Of a stretch of DNA of 64,000 nucleotides, positions 14,355 through 25,217 are shown piece after piece; the stretch's first letter is position 1, and each line of letters starts with the position of its first letter. The stretch is from a virus (taxonomy: Duplodnaviria; Caudoviricetes): the IMG/VR virus record IMGVR_UViG_3300020048_000088, positions 17,314 to 81,313 of that record, one strand, 5' to 3'. A program made the position numbers and the translations under genes. Below the pieces are notes generated by a model. That model made no database searches and was not told the DNA's origin. It worked only from the letters and a program-made list of their open reading frames with translations.

Positions 14355-17246
14355 CTATTTGGTGCGGAAGTCTTCCACTCCCTCCGCTGTCAGCTTTTCA
14401 AGGCTGAAGCGAAAGACTCTCGACTGGCCCGTCGCCTTCAGCGGCGAACCAGCGCATACCTTGTCCATGGTGGGTGGGAACTTGCCCATGGCCACGATGA
14501 ACGCCTCACCCGATGTGTAGTACGGCTCCATGCCGGTACGCCTGCACCAGGTGAAATACTTCACAAACATTTCGCGCATCCGCAGCTCGATGTAGCCATC
14601 CTTGATGATGTAGTCGCGACCCTCCTGCATGTGGCAGTCGGACTCCGACGGCTCCGAGCGGGAGATCAGCGACAGGTCGTTGAACATCTTTCCCGCTTCT
14701 GACTGGGCGGCGGCGCTCAGCTCGACCTTGTGCTCATGGATGGCGCGCTTGAGCACCGCGATCGGCTCATTGAACTCGTCACCGAATACAGAGGTCAGGA
14801 CGCCGTCAAGGTAGTTCAGACCTTCCAGCACGATGGCGAGGTTGTAGACCTGTCGGTCGTGCACCGAGCGCGGGAACGAGGCTCGCAAGGCGTCGCGGAT
14901 TGGCTCCAACGCCGCTCTGCGGGTCTCGATCGTCTCGGAGAACGCGAACTTCAGGATCAGTCGTCCCAGCGAGCCCATGTAGTCCTGACCCTTCAGGGCC
15001 AGGTCCCATGCCTCTTTGCGCTCCACCGTGTCGGCGATGTTGAACGCGACCGGCAGGCTGCGCTGCACGATTGCGGTCTGCATCTCCTGGGCTTCTGCCA
15101 GGTACACGATGGGGGTGCTGAAACTGAACTCGGTGATGTCCTTGAACGACGACGACGCGCTCGAGTTGCCCATGGCGCCAGAGGCGCCCTTGCCCTGGTT
15201 GTAGGCAAGCCTGAACGCCTGCAGCAGGAAGTCTGTGCGGACTGGCCCCATCTCGGCGGGCTTGTACTCGTCGAGGATCAGCGGGATGCTGCAGGAGCCT
15301 GTGAGCGAGGACTTCAGGGCATACGCCGTGGTGACCGTGCCGCATGACTGCAGCTTGGGCTCCCGGGTGAACGTGTGCATGCGGCCCAACAACTGCGACG
15401 TCAGGGTCTTGCCGCTGCCGGCCGGGCCATTCGGGTGCAGCAACGGGAACTGGCTGAACGCCTGGTGGTAGAACTGCTTGTGAAAGCAGCTCACAAACCA
15501 CCCGAGCATTTGCGCCATCGTTGTTGGGGAGTTGATCGTGAGCAGGGCGTGTACCCAGGCTCTCGTCTCCGGCGTGTCCTGCAGGGGCTCGGCCCGGTGC
15601 AGGTCCGAGTCGAAGATGGCGTTGGTTGTCATCAGCGGCTGGTAGGTGTATTCAGTGGAGCAGGTCTTGTAAATCTGCCCCGGCGTCACCCAAACAACGT
15701 CCTTCTTGATGCTGTCGACTTCCTCTGGGTCCTGGAGAACCTCAAGGCCCTCTTTGTGAATTGCGTAGATCACTCTTTCCTCCTTGTTTGCCCGACGTGT
15801 CAGGATGAGCTTGACTGCTCCCGCCTGGGTATCGGAGCCTGAAAAAATACCCCCGTAGGCTGAGCAGTACTGCGTCAGCGTGCTACGGGAGACGAACGCC
15901 TTGTCGGCGACTGTGTGGCGGCCCCGGGGCCTGCCATCGCTGAAGATGTTGACGACCAGACCAAGGTTGGTGTTGTTGCCACCCCCGTCCCTGTGCGCCT
16001 CCTTCAGATTGGCTGGCACCGTCCAACCCACGTTGCTGATGGACTTGGGGCCTTCCTGCGAGGGCTTGATCACACCCTCCTTACGCACCTTCAGGCCTTC
16101 CTCAAGCGCCTTGTTCGCAAACGAGAGGCTTTCGGACTCCTCTTTGGTCAGCGGCGCGTCGTCTTCAGCCTCTTCCATTGAGTCACCGCCGGTGAGCGGG
16201 CCGCCCTTGGTGTCAAGGTCTGGCGTGGTTTGCTCGGGGTCGAGCAGAGACCGGACGCCCCCTGGCGAGAACGTGTAGCAGGGGTTGCCGTGGGTGTAGT
16301 CCAGCATCCTGCGCAGTTCCTCCTTGCGCTTGCGAGGTGAGCCGTACCGGGATGAGTCCCCCGAATGGGTTTTGCAAAGGCCCTCACAGGCTTTGACAAA
16401 CTCGTCGGCGTCCTTGCCCAGCGCATTGGCCGTGATGGCCAGCTGCATGGCGATTTTCTGGAAGCCCATTCCCGGCAGAATCCCCTCGCCGCGCATGATC
16501 ATTTCCACCGATGGGGGCAGGGCGCCGTTGAACTTGCGCAACAGCTCCTCGTCGGCGACTGCCGACTTGGCTCTGCGCGCCAACTGCTCCTTGACCTTCT
16601 CGGAGTACTTCATGAACATGGCGGCCAGATCGGTGCTGATCGCCGGGGCTGTCGTCGTGACTGGCGCGCGGGGTGCGCTGCACAGCTCGTCGAACAGCTC
16701 TGGCGTCATGCTGCGCGCCTCGTCCAGGGTGATGGGCACCTTGTACTTGTCGTTGCTGCGCTTGACGCCACAGGTTCTCCACATGCGCCCCTTGCGCCCC
16801 GTGTAGATGCGCAGGTCCATCGTGTCGACAGCCATTTCCATGGCCATCTCACGGTAGATGTAAGGGAGCCCGATGATGCCGTCTTTGGGGACCTTGCTCA
16901 TCATGACTTCCTGTGGGACTTCGATGTGAAAGCCTCGGCCCCCCGTCGCGAAAAGTCTCAGGCAACCCATGGGGACGCCTTTTTCTTCAAGGGTCTCCAG
17001 GAGCTTCTGAAATTCAGGGATGGTGGTGCCGACGCTCTCGGCGTCGAAGTCGAAGTACATACTTCCTCTGTACTTCATCTTGGTGTATTCGTCGCTGCCC
17101 CAGTCATCTGAGGGCACCGAATCAGCGTCGAGCACGGTCACGAATGCGGGGTTGCGCTCTTTCAGAATCAGGTCGCGGTGCTCGGACAGGCCCTCGCGCC
17201 AGGCGTCATCACCCCCTACCTGCTGGTACCAAAAGTAAAAGGACAT
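14355..17246 (-). CDS. Primase-helicase fusion (AEP primase + C-terminal P-loop NTPase)
   Basis: YFDFD and TGGRGFH (AEP motifs I/II); GPAGSGKT Walker A; LILDE Walker B; start set at ATG 17246. Confidence 0.85.
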   Translation of the reverse strand: MSFYFWYQQVGGDDAWREGLSEHRDLILKERNPAFVTVLDADSVPSDDWGSDEYTKMKYRGSMYFDFDAESVGTTIPEFQKLLETLEEKGVPMGCLRLFATGGRGFHIEVPQEVMMSKVPKDGIIGLPYIYREMAMEMAVDTMDLRIYTGRKGRMWRTCGVKRSNDKYKVPITLDEARSMTPELFDELCSAPRAPVTTTAPAISTDLAAMFMKYSEKVKEQLARRAKSAVADEELLRKFNGALPPSVEMIMRGEGILPGMGFQKIAMQLAITANALGKDADEFVKACEGLCKTHSGDSSRYGSPRKRKEELRRMLDYTHGNPCYTFSPGGVRSLLDPEQTTPDLDTKGGPLTGGDSMEEAEDDAPLTKEESESLSFANKALEEGLKVRKEGVIKPSQEGPKSISNVGWTVPANLKEAHRDGGGNNTNLGLVVNIFSDGRPRGRHTVADKAFVSRSTLTQYCSAYGGIFSGSDTQAGAVKLILTRRANKEERVIYAIHKEGLEVLQDPEEVDSIKKDVVWVTPGQIYKTCSTEYTYQPLMTTNAIFDSDLHRAEPLQDTPETRAWVHALLTINSPTTMAQMLGWFVSCFHKQFYHQAFSQFPLLHPNGPAGSGKTLTSQLLGRMHTFTREPKLQSCGTVTTAYALKSSLTGSCSIPLILDEYKPAEMGPVRTDFLLQAFRLAYNQGKGASGAMGNSSASSSFKDITEFSFSTPIVYLAEAQEMQTAIVQRSLPVAFNIADTVERKEAWDLALKGQDYMGSLGRLILKFAFSETIETRRAALEPIRDALRASFPRSVHDRQVYNLAIVLEGLNYLDGVLTSVFGDEFNEPIAVLKRAIHEHKVELSAAAQSEAGKMFNDLSLISRSEPSESDCHMQEGRDYIIKDGYIELRMREMFVKYFTWCRRTGMEPYYTSGEAFIVAMGKFPPTMDKVCAGSPLKATGQSRVFRFSLEKLTAEGVEDFRTK

Positions 17247-17415
17247 TTGAATGCCCTTAATTGGTATCAGGTGTGGGTGTGTGAGGCTGAAACGCCCGTA
17301 GCAAAGCCCCCTGCTGGGGGCCGTTGGAACTATCAAGAGCGCCGGTGGCGCCCTGGTTTTGGTTTGTCATAAAAGCCCAATATTCTTATTATTGTTAGGG
17401 CTCAGAGGGGATCGA

Positions 17416-17925
17416 TCAGTACCGTATCGGCACTCCCGGAAACCTCGCTCTGAAGTCATTAAGTGTCTCACAATATGTGTGAGACTCAATTTGCTCATCG
17501 ACCCGACTTCGGGCTTTGATGAGGATCGCGTAATGGGAAGCGAATTCTACGCCTCGCGGACCGGTCTTGCCCTTCCACTTGAAAATAAATTCCAGAGGCA
17601 GTTGCAGGAACAGGTCTCGGCCTCGCCATTTGGTTGGGACCATGCCAATGGGGTACTCGCCCTGGCCCTCTGACGCGGCGTAGGCAAGCGGGCCACTTTC
17701 TTGCCCGATCGTCAGGCAGCTCAGCGTGATCATGTCGATGTGCACTGGTCTCAGACCCTCGAGCGTGTACACCACCAGCACCCTGCCTGGAAACGCCGCC
17801 TCCTTGCCGACGAACCTGTAAGACTGGTACTCTTCGCGTAACGCCGGGAGCATCTGATCGATCAGCGCTTTTCGACTCGCTGAGTCATCCAGAAACTTGT
17901 CGAATCTCTCCTTAGTCGTCACCAT
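17416..17925 (-). CDS. Hypothetical protein
   Basis: 169-aa ORF overlapping the helicase stop. Confidence 0.6.
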   Translation of the reverse strand: MVTTKERFDKFLDDSASRKALIDQMLPALREEYQSYRFVGKEAAFPGRVLVVYTLEGLRPVHIDMITLSCLTIGQESGPLAYAASEGQGEYPIGMVPTKWRGRDLFLQLPLEFIFKWKGKTGPRGVEFASHYAILIKARSRVDEQIESHTYCETLNDFRARFPGVPIRY

Positions 17926-19324
17926 AAACTGAGCTCCTTAAATTCTTGTAACCCCCCTGCACACTGTTGGCCAGCTCATCGTTGTCCAGCAGGCTGCGAA
18001 ACATGCCCACCTGCACCGTCCCGGCGGCAATAGCCACCCGAATGTGCACCTCACTATTTTGTCCATCCCTGTCTAGCCGCGCCACGACCTGCTGGAAGGG
18101 CGTTGGCGTGGTGGGGGCTTCCACCACCAGCATGTCGGAGCATACGTGTTGCAGCCCGTCCACGCCGAATCCGGCGCTAGATGGTTGCACCAAAATGACC
18201 CGGCAGGTCGGATTCTCGATAAATGTGCGGATCGCACGTTGCTTTTCTGGCTTGGAGACTTCACCGTAGACGGCAACGGCGCCGTATTTTGCCAGTTCTT
18301 TGTGCAGAAATCTGTTTGTACGAATGAAGTGGGCCGCGATGACAAGCTTGCGCTCCCCGATCTCCTCCAGCACCTCTTCGATCATGTCGAGGATGGCCGG
18401 CCGGCGATCCGCGTTGTCGTCGAACTCGCCCCAGTTAATGACCACTTGCTGAAGCGCTGATCTTAGCGCACTGGCGGAAATGGCGTCGATCTCCTTGCCG
18501 CCCTCGAATTCGACCAGGCGCTCCTCGGCGATGCGTCGGTACAGCTTCATGTGGGCAGGGTCAAGTTTGTAGGGTCTGGGCGTGAACAGGGGCTCGGCCA
18601 TGTCCTTGCGGGCGTCCCGCAGCAGGAGCCGGCCCGAATGGATTTTCATGTTCTCGGCCAGCACGTCAAGGTTGCACCACTTCTCCACGTTGCCGTAGTC
18701 GTCAGTCTCCTCCACATGCAGGCGGTCGAACTGGCGGCGGTTGCGGTAAACCCCCGGGGCGATCAGCTTGATGTAAGCGTAGGCGTCGCCGGGCTTGTTG
18801 ATGGGCGTTCCCGTCAGGGGCAGGAACGGGCGGTTCTCGGCGATCAGGGCCACCGCCTTGTGGGTATCGCTGGCGGTGTTCTTGATCGCGGTGGCTTCGT
18901 CAGCCATGACCCCCATCGTGCGGCGCTCGAAGTGTGCGTGAATCCGCTCGAAGTCGTTCTTGAGCAGGCCGTAGCTTGTCAGAATGAAGTCAGTATTCAG
19001 GCTCAACTCTTGGCGCTGTTTGGGGGTGCCGGCGTAGACCGTGGTCGTCAGTGGCTTGCCGGTGCTCAGGTCGGTGACGCTGCGCAGCCACCTGTCCCAC
19101 TGCTCAAGCAGGATCGGCGGCATCAGGATCAGCCACTGCCTGATCTCGTGACTCGATTTGTACAGCAGCGCCTGGTGGGTGGCCATGGAGGTCTTTCCAG
19201 TGCCTGCCTCACAGTAGTAGCCTGCACGGGGGTACTGGCTCAGGTCATTGACGATGTCGACCTGAAGCGGTCTCAATTCAAACGGGAACGCATAGCGCTC
19301 CCTCACGATTTCGTAAGGTGTCAT
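17912..19324 (-). CDS. SNF2-like superfamily 2 helicase
   Basis: EAGTGKT, MADEAT, LTGTP, motif VI QVVARLDRDGQ. Confidence 0.88.
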   Translation of the reverse strand: MTPYEIVRERYAFPFELRPLQVDIVNDLSQYPRAGYYCEAGTGKTSMATHQALLYKSSHEIRQWLILMPPILLEQWDRWLRSVTDLSTGKPLTTTVYAGTPKQRQELSLNTDFILTSYGLLKNDFERIHAHFERRTMGVMADEATAIKNTASDTHKAVALIAENRPFLPLTGTPINKPGDAYAYIKLIAPGVYRNRRQFDRLHVEETDDYGNVEKWCNLDVLAENMKIHSGRLLLRDARKDMAEPLFTPRPYKLDPAHMKLYRRIAEERLVEFEGGKEIDAISASALRSALQQVVINWGEFDDNADRRPAILDMIEEVLEEIGERKLVIAAHFIRTNRFLHKELAKYGAVAVYGEVSKPEKQRAIRTFIENPTCRVILVQPSSAGFGVDGLQHVCSDMLVVEAPTTPTPFQQVVARLDRDGQNSEVHIRVAIAAGTVQVGMFRSLLDNDELANSVQGGYKNLRSSVYGDD

Positions 19325-19379
19325 AGGGGCTCCGTATGCGGACAGTTGCCGCGGGGTTTTACTTCGGGAGCCTCAGGGG

Positions 19380-19826
19380 TCAGCGTATTTTGGCGATGAC
19401 CTCTGTGGCTTGGGTGAGGGCGCCGACTTCAAAGTCGTACGCCTTGTCGTAGGGCTCCCGGTACAGGTGGGAACGGGCTTCAAGGGCTGAGAGCCACGCC
19501 TCGCCGTACATCCGATACATCTGGGTCTCTTTCACCAGGGGCATATCGATGATGAGCTTGACAGCGTAGGGTGCTGCGTGTCGCATGAAGCCTCGCACCT
19601 TCAGGCCGTCCGGCAGCTCGCCCGTCAGGTCTAGGCTCCCGTCCCGGATCACAAACTGCAGCGTGCGTCGGATGTTGACGCTGAGCTGCACGTCTGGGGG
19701 CCGGGCATGGTTCTCGAAGTCCCAAGACAGCCATGCAAGGTCCCAGGCTACCGGGTCATCCCTCAGCATGGCGTAGGGGGCGGCGCGGGGGTAGGCGTCG
19801 ATGGGGTTGGGTGAGTATCTTGTCAT
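19380..19826 (-). CDS. Hypothetical protein
   Basis: 148 aa, ATGA overlap with upstream ORF. Confidence 0.6.
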   Translation of the reverse strand: MTRYSPNPIDAYPRAAPYAMLRDDPVAWDLAWLSWDFENHARPPDVQLSVNIRRTLQFVIRDGSLDLTGELPDGLKVRGFMRHAAPYAVKLIIDMPLVKETQMYRMYGEAWLSALEARSHLYREPYDKAYDFEVGALTQATEVIAKIR

Positions 19827-20056
19827 TTTTCTCCTAGTTTACGTTGCCAGTGGATGCACCCGAACTTGGGGCCAACGTAGACAGGCACGTCATAGTCGTC
19901 ACACTCCCCAGAGCCGCAGTCATCGAGTGCAGCGGGCCCGCCCTGCCAGGTCCCCATCCGGGAGCAACCCCCGGCGTTGACCCAGTAAATGCTGTCGCCA
20001 CCCATGTTCACGGGGGGCGCGTAGTTCTCGCATTGATCACATGTATGATTTTTCAT
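19823..20056 (-). CDS. Small Cys-rich hypothetical protein
   Basis: CDQC..C..C..FGCIHW pattern. Confidence 0.55.
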   Translation of the reverse strand: MKNHTCDQCENYAPPVNMGGDSIYWVNAGGCSRMGTWQGGPAALDDCGSGECDDYDVPVYVGPKFGCIHWQRKLGEK

Positions 20057-20065
20057 CGGCCTCCT

Positions 20066-21415
20066 TCAGGCAATTGCCGCCTCAAATTGTGCCTTAACAG
20101 CGTCAAGGCTGTCAGCCTCGTATTTGTCGTCGCGCAGCTCGATGAAGCGGGGGTGGAACAGGCTGTGCTTGGGGTTGGACTCCGAGGGGTGGGCGATGGC
20201 GTTGGCCCTCACACACATGACCTTGCCCAGCACCGAGTCACGATTCTCGTGCAGGTACTGCTCCATCTCCCGCTTGAACCCCGACACGTCGACCTCGAGC
20301 ATGCCGTCGATGGACTGGACCTTGACGGAGCCGAACGTCGCCTCAGTGCGCTTGCCGGGCTCACCGGGGTTGAACCCGATGATCTCCAGATCAAGGTCGA
20401 CCTCCAGCTTTAGTTTCACACAGTCTTTCGATGTGTTGTCAGCCCACTCTCCAAGAGGGTTCTTCAGGATCACACCCTCCAAACCCCGCGCCAGGATGCC
20501 ACGGTAAATCCGCATGGCTTCGTCTTTACTGTGCACGACCTGGCCCTCGATCAGCATGATGCTGGACTTGCCAGCCTCCACCACCTGATCCTTGAGCAGG
20601 GCGTAGCGCAGGGTGTAGGGCGTCTTGACCTTGCCCTTGGGCACTGCGAACTCCAGCGGAATCTGGTCCCAGCAGTCGAACCGAATCTCTGCACCGGGAG
20701 GCAAATCCCCTCCATTCTGGAGTGAATTTAGCATGCCGTTGCCCACGGTACGCGGCTGGAGCTCGCCATTGATCCAGATGGTGAGCTCGCCGTGGGTCTC
20801 GGTGTTGGGCTTGAAGCACCACATGGCGTCTTCGGTGAGCTTGTGCAGGGCAGGGATGCTGGGGTAGGTGTTGCCTTGGCGGGTGGTGATCAGCACTCCC
20901 CCGTGCACTTCCCGGGACACCCGGGCAAAGCTTCCATCCGCCTTGAGCTGGCAGTAGACGCCGTTGTCCCAGTTCCATTTGTCGATGTTGCTGTCCTTGG
21001 GGAGAGAGCAGCGCTGGTACGGAAAATCTGGGATGGTGCCGGGAAATGCGGTGTTGACCGTGTTGGCGCCGATGCCGGCACGCAGGTCTTTCAGGATGAT
21101 GCGGCGCAGCACCTCGCCGTCGTCGGGGTGCAGGTCGTGGAGCGAGAAGCCAACGGCCTCCAGTGCGGCGTTGCCCGTGAGGTCCCGGTTGGCAAGGTTT
21201 TCCAACAGGTCGTACTCCATCTGATCCATCTCATCCAACCCTGTCTTTGTTGGGGCCTCCAGCTTGGCGATGTAGTAGCTGATGGTGGGGTCGAGCGCAG
21301 CCTTGGCCAGTGCCAAGTCAAGTTTGTCGAACGTCTGGACGATTGCCAGCTTGTCCTTCTTGCCGGGGGTTGCTGCCAGTGCGTTGAGCTTGGCCAGAAA
21401 TGTTTTTGCTGTCAT
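20066..21415 (-). CDS. lig: ATP-dependent DNA ligase
   Basis: QLKADG (motif I Lys), FDCW, EGVILK, KLK, C-terminal OB fold; ATG 21415 behind TTTGGAG SD. Confidence 0.93.
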   Translation of the reverse strand: MTAKTFLAKLNALAATPGKKDKLAIVQTFDKLDLALAKAALDPTISYYIAKLEAPTKTGLDEMDQMEYDLLENLANRDLTGNAALEAVGFSLHDLHPDDGEVLRRIILKDLRAGIGANTVNTAFPGTIPDFPYQRCSLPKDSNIDKWNWDNGVYCQLKADGSFARVSREVHGGVLITTRQGNTYPSIPALHKLTEDAMWCFKPNTETHGELTIWINGELQPRTVGNGMLNSLQNGGDLPPGAEIRFDCWDQIPLEFAVPKGKVKTPYTLRYALLKDQVVEAGKSSIMLIEGQVVHSKDEAMRIYRGILARGLEGVILKNPLGEWADNTSKDCVKLKLEVDLDLEIIGFNPGEPGKRTEATFGSVKVQSIDGMLEVDVSGFKREMEQYLHENRDSVLGKVMCVRANAIAHPSESNPKHSLFHPRFIELRDDKYEADSLDAVKAQFEAAIA

Positions 21416-21447
21416 AGTGAACTCCAAATGTGTGCCAATGGCACGGG

Positions 21448-21777
21448 TTAATGCATCCCACCCTCGACGTGAAGTCGAAGGTGTTCCATAAAGTCATCAA
21501 AGTCAAGGTCCTCGGATGGCCTCCATTTGGTGGAGACCATGTCAAGGTACCTCGACGCGTCGTCGCACAGCGACTCAGCGCTTTTGAGGGCGCTGTGCTG
21601 GGGCACAAGGAACTTGCGCCACATTACGGGCTCCTTGCCCGTCCACTGCTCGTAAGCAAACAACATCAGGCTTTCGTCCGGGAGCGTCATGTAACCCAGG
21701 ACGATCTTCAGGGCGAACGCCTGTTGAGTGAACCCCGTCACCATGCTGGTCGGCGGGGCGCTGGTTTCGTCGGTCAC
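21448..21777 (-). CDS. Hypothetical protein
   Basis: 109 aa, GTG start. Confidence 0.55.
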   Translation of the reverse strand: MTDETSAPPTSMVTGFTQQAFALKIVLGYMTLPDESLMLFAYEQWTGKEPVMWRKFLVPQHSALKSAESLCDDASRYLDMVSTKWRPSEDLDFDDFMEHLRLHVEGGMH

Positions 21778-22097
21778 ATAGCACCTCCTGTAATGGTTCC
21801 TGACTGTGTCAAATTCATGCGAATCGCTCTCACCCCCTTGGGTGAGATGGCCTGCCCTCTAAATTGCGCACCCACTCCGAGGAGTTTGAGGCTCGCGTTG
21901 TCGAGTTGGCTGGCGACTTCCTGGTCGAGTCCATAAACGGAGACGATGTAGCCCTCGGCCCAGCCCTTGCCATGGCGTGTGACACGCATGACAAGAGCGT
22001 CGGCCTTGATGCCCACCTCAGCAGTATTCCCGAGCTCCTTGAGCTTCCAGGTTGTACCGTTCCAACTGGCTCTGACTTCTAGGTATTCGTTCTTCAC
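21774..22097 (-). CDS. Hypothetical protein
   Basis: 107 aa, GTG start, overlaps next start. Confidence 0.55.
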   Translation of the reverse strand: MKNEYLEVRASWNGTTWKLKELGNTAEVGIKADALVMRVTRHGKGWAEGYIVSVYGLDQEVASQLDNASLKLLGVGAQFRGQAISPKGVRAIRMNLTQSGTITGGAM

Positions 22098-22158
22098 GAT
22101 TTTGATTCCTGTTGCTTGGGGGTGGGCTAGTTCCCCGGTTGGCCCTAACGGTGACGGA

Positions 22159-22866
22159 TCAGGCTTTCGCCATGAAGAAAACTGCCTGTGCCTTTGCCTT
22201 GCCTGAGCCGTGGGCGGGGAAGCCGATGATGAATCTCCGGTCAGGGTTGGCGCAGATGGCGCAGATGGCGCAGGTTGTGTTACCTACAGTTGCCGGGCAC
22301 ACCATGACGGTGTTGCCAGCCGGCGTTTTCACTGTGGTGGTCTGGTCGATCGGCAAGATGACCACCACAGGCGCAATGCCGAGGGCGAAGAACGCGTCTG
22401 CCTCGTCCAGCGTTTCAGCGCTGAGGTTGACAGTGAATCCTTGCTCGTTGGCTTTTTGGAGAACCTCGGCGTTCTCCGGGATGAACGGGTCGTAATGGCA
22501 GAACGTGAACCCGTGTCGGCCTCGGTTGGCCTGCACAATCTTGTTCACAGACGCTGCGTCAAGGTAGACACGGTCACCTGGCAGGTCGCCGGCTTGGTCG
22601 TGGCGCCAGAGCTGGAACTTGGGCAGCGCCGCGATTTGCTCGCAGAACTCCTCCAGCGAGACACCCCTATCCCCCTCAGAGATCAGCCTCCAATGGAGCG
22701 CCAGGGGACCTTGCTCTCCGTAGCAGCCAGAGTCGTACAGGCTGCACCTTGTAGGGCACGTCGACCTTGACGTTGTGGACGCGGGAATGCCTCCGAGTTT
22801 TTTGTTGGCAGACACCCGCGTCAAGTGGTACCGGTGCTCCGGAATTGATCGCTTTAGCTTAAACAT
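22159..22866 (-). CDS. Cys-motif protein resembling gp88/DUF7227-like families
   Basis: TCPTRC..SGCY three-Cys motif, WRHDQAGDL, FTFCHY, GFTVNLSAE, C-terminal CPA..C..C..C; ATG 22866 with TTTTGGAG SD. Confidence 0.55.
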   Translation of the reverse strand: MFKLKRSIPEHRYHLTRVSANKKLGGIPASTTSRSTCPTRCSLYDSGCYGEQGPLALHWRLISEGDRGVSLEEFCEQIAALPKFQLWRHDQAGDLPGDRVYLDAASVNKIVQANRGRHGFTFCHYDPFIPENAEVLQKANEQGFTVNLSAETLDEADAFFALGIAPVVVILPIDQTTTVKTPAGNTVMVCPATVGNTTCAICAICANPDRRFIIGFPAHGSGKAKAQAVFFMAKA

Positions 22867-22904
22867 TCTTACTCCAAAATTTGCCCAAAACAGGGCGGGG
22901 TGGT

Positions 22905-23177
22905 TTAACGCTTGGCGAAGCGTGGTGCGAAGCAGTCCTTCAGCTGCCCGGTTTCGCGGTTCATGTGGGTACGGATGCCTGCCACGTCGTGGCAGAAGTC
23001 GAGCTCGGGCGCCATCAGCAGCGCCTGCAGATCGAGCTTGGCGCCGTTTCTGTGGCAGGCGGTGACGTCCATCTCGGTCTCGAGCAGGTTGCGCCGCTGG
23101 TTGGTGATGCTGGCCCATCGCAGCACGATCTGGTTGATGAGGCGGGCGTCGCCGTTGGGGACTTCAAACTTAACCAT
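22905..23177 (-). CDS. DUF6874-like protein
   Basis: MDVTACH.NG..LDLQALL..DFCHDVAGI..HMNRETG.L..CF.PRFA pattern. Confidence 0.6.
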   Translation of the reverse strand: MVKFEVPNGDARLINQIVLRWASITNQRRNLLETEMDVTACHRNGAKLDLQALLMAPELDFCHDVAGIRTHMNRETGQLKDCFAPRFAKR

Positions 23178-24995
23178 TGGAGGCCTCCGGCGGACGTTTA
23201 AACAACTCGTAGCCGGCGCTGTACAGGGCCGCAGCGACACACTTGGGGCCGGTGTCCCGCCAGTAGACATCCTCCAGGCTCTCAAGGGCCTCCTCAAGGG
23301 TTTCAAGGGTTTCCTGCTTCTCCGCTTCGTGTATCGTGGCGCACACGGTTCCAGCTTTCGTCTCCCACCGGGTTACTTCACGCATTGGCGACCTCCGTGA
23401 ACTTGGTCAGGCGCTCCACACGCTGGGCGTGGTACCCAAGCATGGCTTGGGAGTACTCCACCGCTGAGTGGGCCTCAAGCAGTGCCCGGCGGGCGTCCTC
23501 CAATTCGAGCTTGGCCAACGCGTCGGTGTCCTTCGGCCATGCGATTTCAGTCAGCTTTTTGAACATGGTGTTCTCCTTTGATCTTGTCGATGACGTCCAG
23601 GTAGTCATACCCGAACGATGAATGGCCGGTAGCCTTGCACAGGGCGCGCAAGGCGTCGGCAACTGGCTTTTGGGTGTAGTGGTTTTTGGATCGGTACGCC
23701 TGACCTTTGGTCACGTACACGACCATGCCGACAAGGGCATCGATCAGTTCTTGGGTCACTTGAGGTCTTTCACGAGGTCAAGTATTTGGAGATGTTTGGC
23801 ACCCTGGTCCGTCAGCGCCCTGTAACCGCTTCTCGCCCAGTCGCCTATGTGTTGGGCTCTCATACTTACGGGGCCCAGAAGCTCTTTACCCTCCGCGTCC
23901 AGGGCTTTCACACGATTCGCCAGGTGGTCAAAGTACAGCATCGCATTCAGCATTTCGTGCGCCCTGTCTTCGGCGCCCTCGGCGTACTGCTGCAGCTCCT
24001 TCAGTTTCTCTGCGCGCTGGGCTGCTTTTTCGATGATGTCTTCGTAGTTAATGTTCATGCTGAACTCCAAGTTGTGTCTCAAATCGAGACGGTTAAGGAA
24101 GGTGCCCGGTTGCGTGATTAACTGCCGGGCGCAGCCTAACGAGGGAGACTCTCAAATCTCCGACAGTGTTGGGGGCGATCACGCACAGCCAACGACCGCC
24201 AATTGGTCAACTCCGGAATTTGGGGAACGCCTGGTAATGGTCGAAGAACTTTTCGTGGCTGCCGAGGTTTCCATCGGTGGCGCGGCCCGCCGCCTTGTTG
24301 ATCAGCAGCAGGCGCACACCCAGTGGTGCGTGTGCGTCGATCGGCAACCAGAACACATCCTGCGCCACGGCTACGGTTCCAGCCACGTTGACCTTGATGT
24401 TTGGGGCGTCGCGCTTCTCAGCCACCTCGATGGCGTCCTGCAGCACTTTGATTGCCTCCCTCCACTCATACTCACAGCCACAGCAGTCGGGTGCTACTGG
24501 GCCAAGTAGCTGGATAGCTTGTTTCATTGCTTCAATCATGATTTGCTCCTTTGATTCCGTGTGCGGCTTCGATAATGTGAACCCATTGCTTGACAGTTTC
24601 AAATACCCACGGCTCTTTGCACATGGATTTGATCTGCTCGTCTGTCAGAGGCTGCTGCGCTGGTGCTGTTGGTGCTGCATAAAGCGGCTCCCATTCACCG
24701 CCACTACGTTGCTTTGGGCGGTGGGGTTGTAGCAACGGGTACACCGCTCTTGGGTGAGTCCAAGCCCCAGGCTCCACCTTCCCAGCCTGCTCGATTGCTT
24801 GGCGCAGGGCTGTGATAGCCTTTTCGATCTGGGTAACTTTGTTTGACCTAAACCAGCCACGCACATATTTGCAGACTGCTTGCCTATCGAACATTGACGG
24901 TTCGTGCATCAGTGCATTTCCAATCATGGTTCCGTTGAGTCTTGTCGAGTCTTCAAGCGCCTCAAGCGCCTGTTTCATCACATTAATGCTCATTT

Positions 24996-25217
24996 TTAAA
25001 ACCCGGCGTAAGTGCCGGTTCCGTTAAGTGCGTGCCAGACCACTTGGCGCGACACGTTGAATTTGTAGGCGATGGTCTTGCACAGCGCCCCCTCGACCCG
25101 CATCGTGCGGGCCTCCAGCACTTGGTCGATGTTGAGTGCGGGTTTGTTGTGGCTGCGGCGCGCGCCCCCGTTGCCGGCCCACAGCCCTGGCGTTCTGAGG
25201 TAGACGCCACTTGGCAT
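24996..25217 (-). CDS. Small helix-turn-helix protein
   Basis: MPSGVY...LCKTIAYKFNVSRQVVWHALNG; TGATG overlap with upstream ORF. Confidence 0.6.
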   Translation of the reverse strand: MPSGVYLRTPGLWAGNGGARRSHNKPALNIDQVLEARTMRVEGALCKTIAYKFNVSRQVVWHALNGTGTYAGF

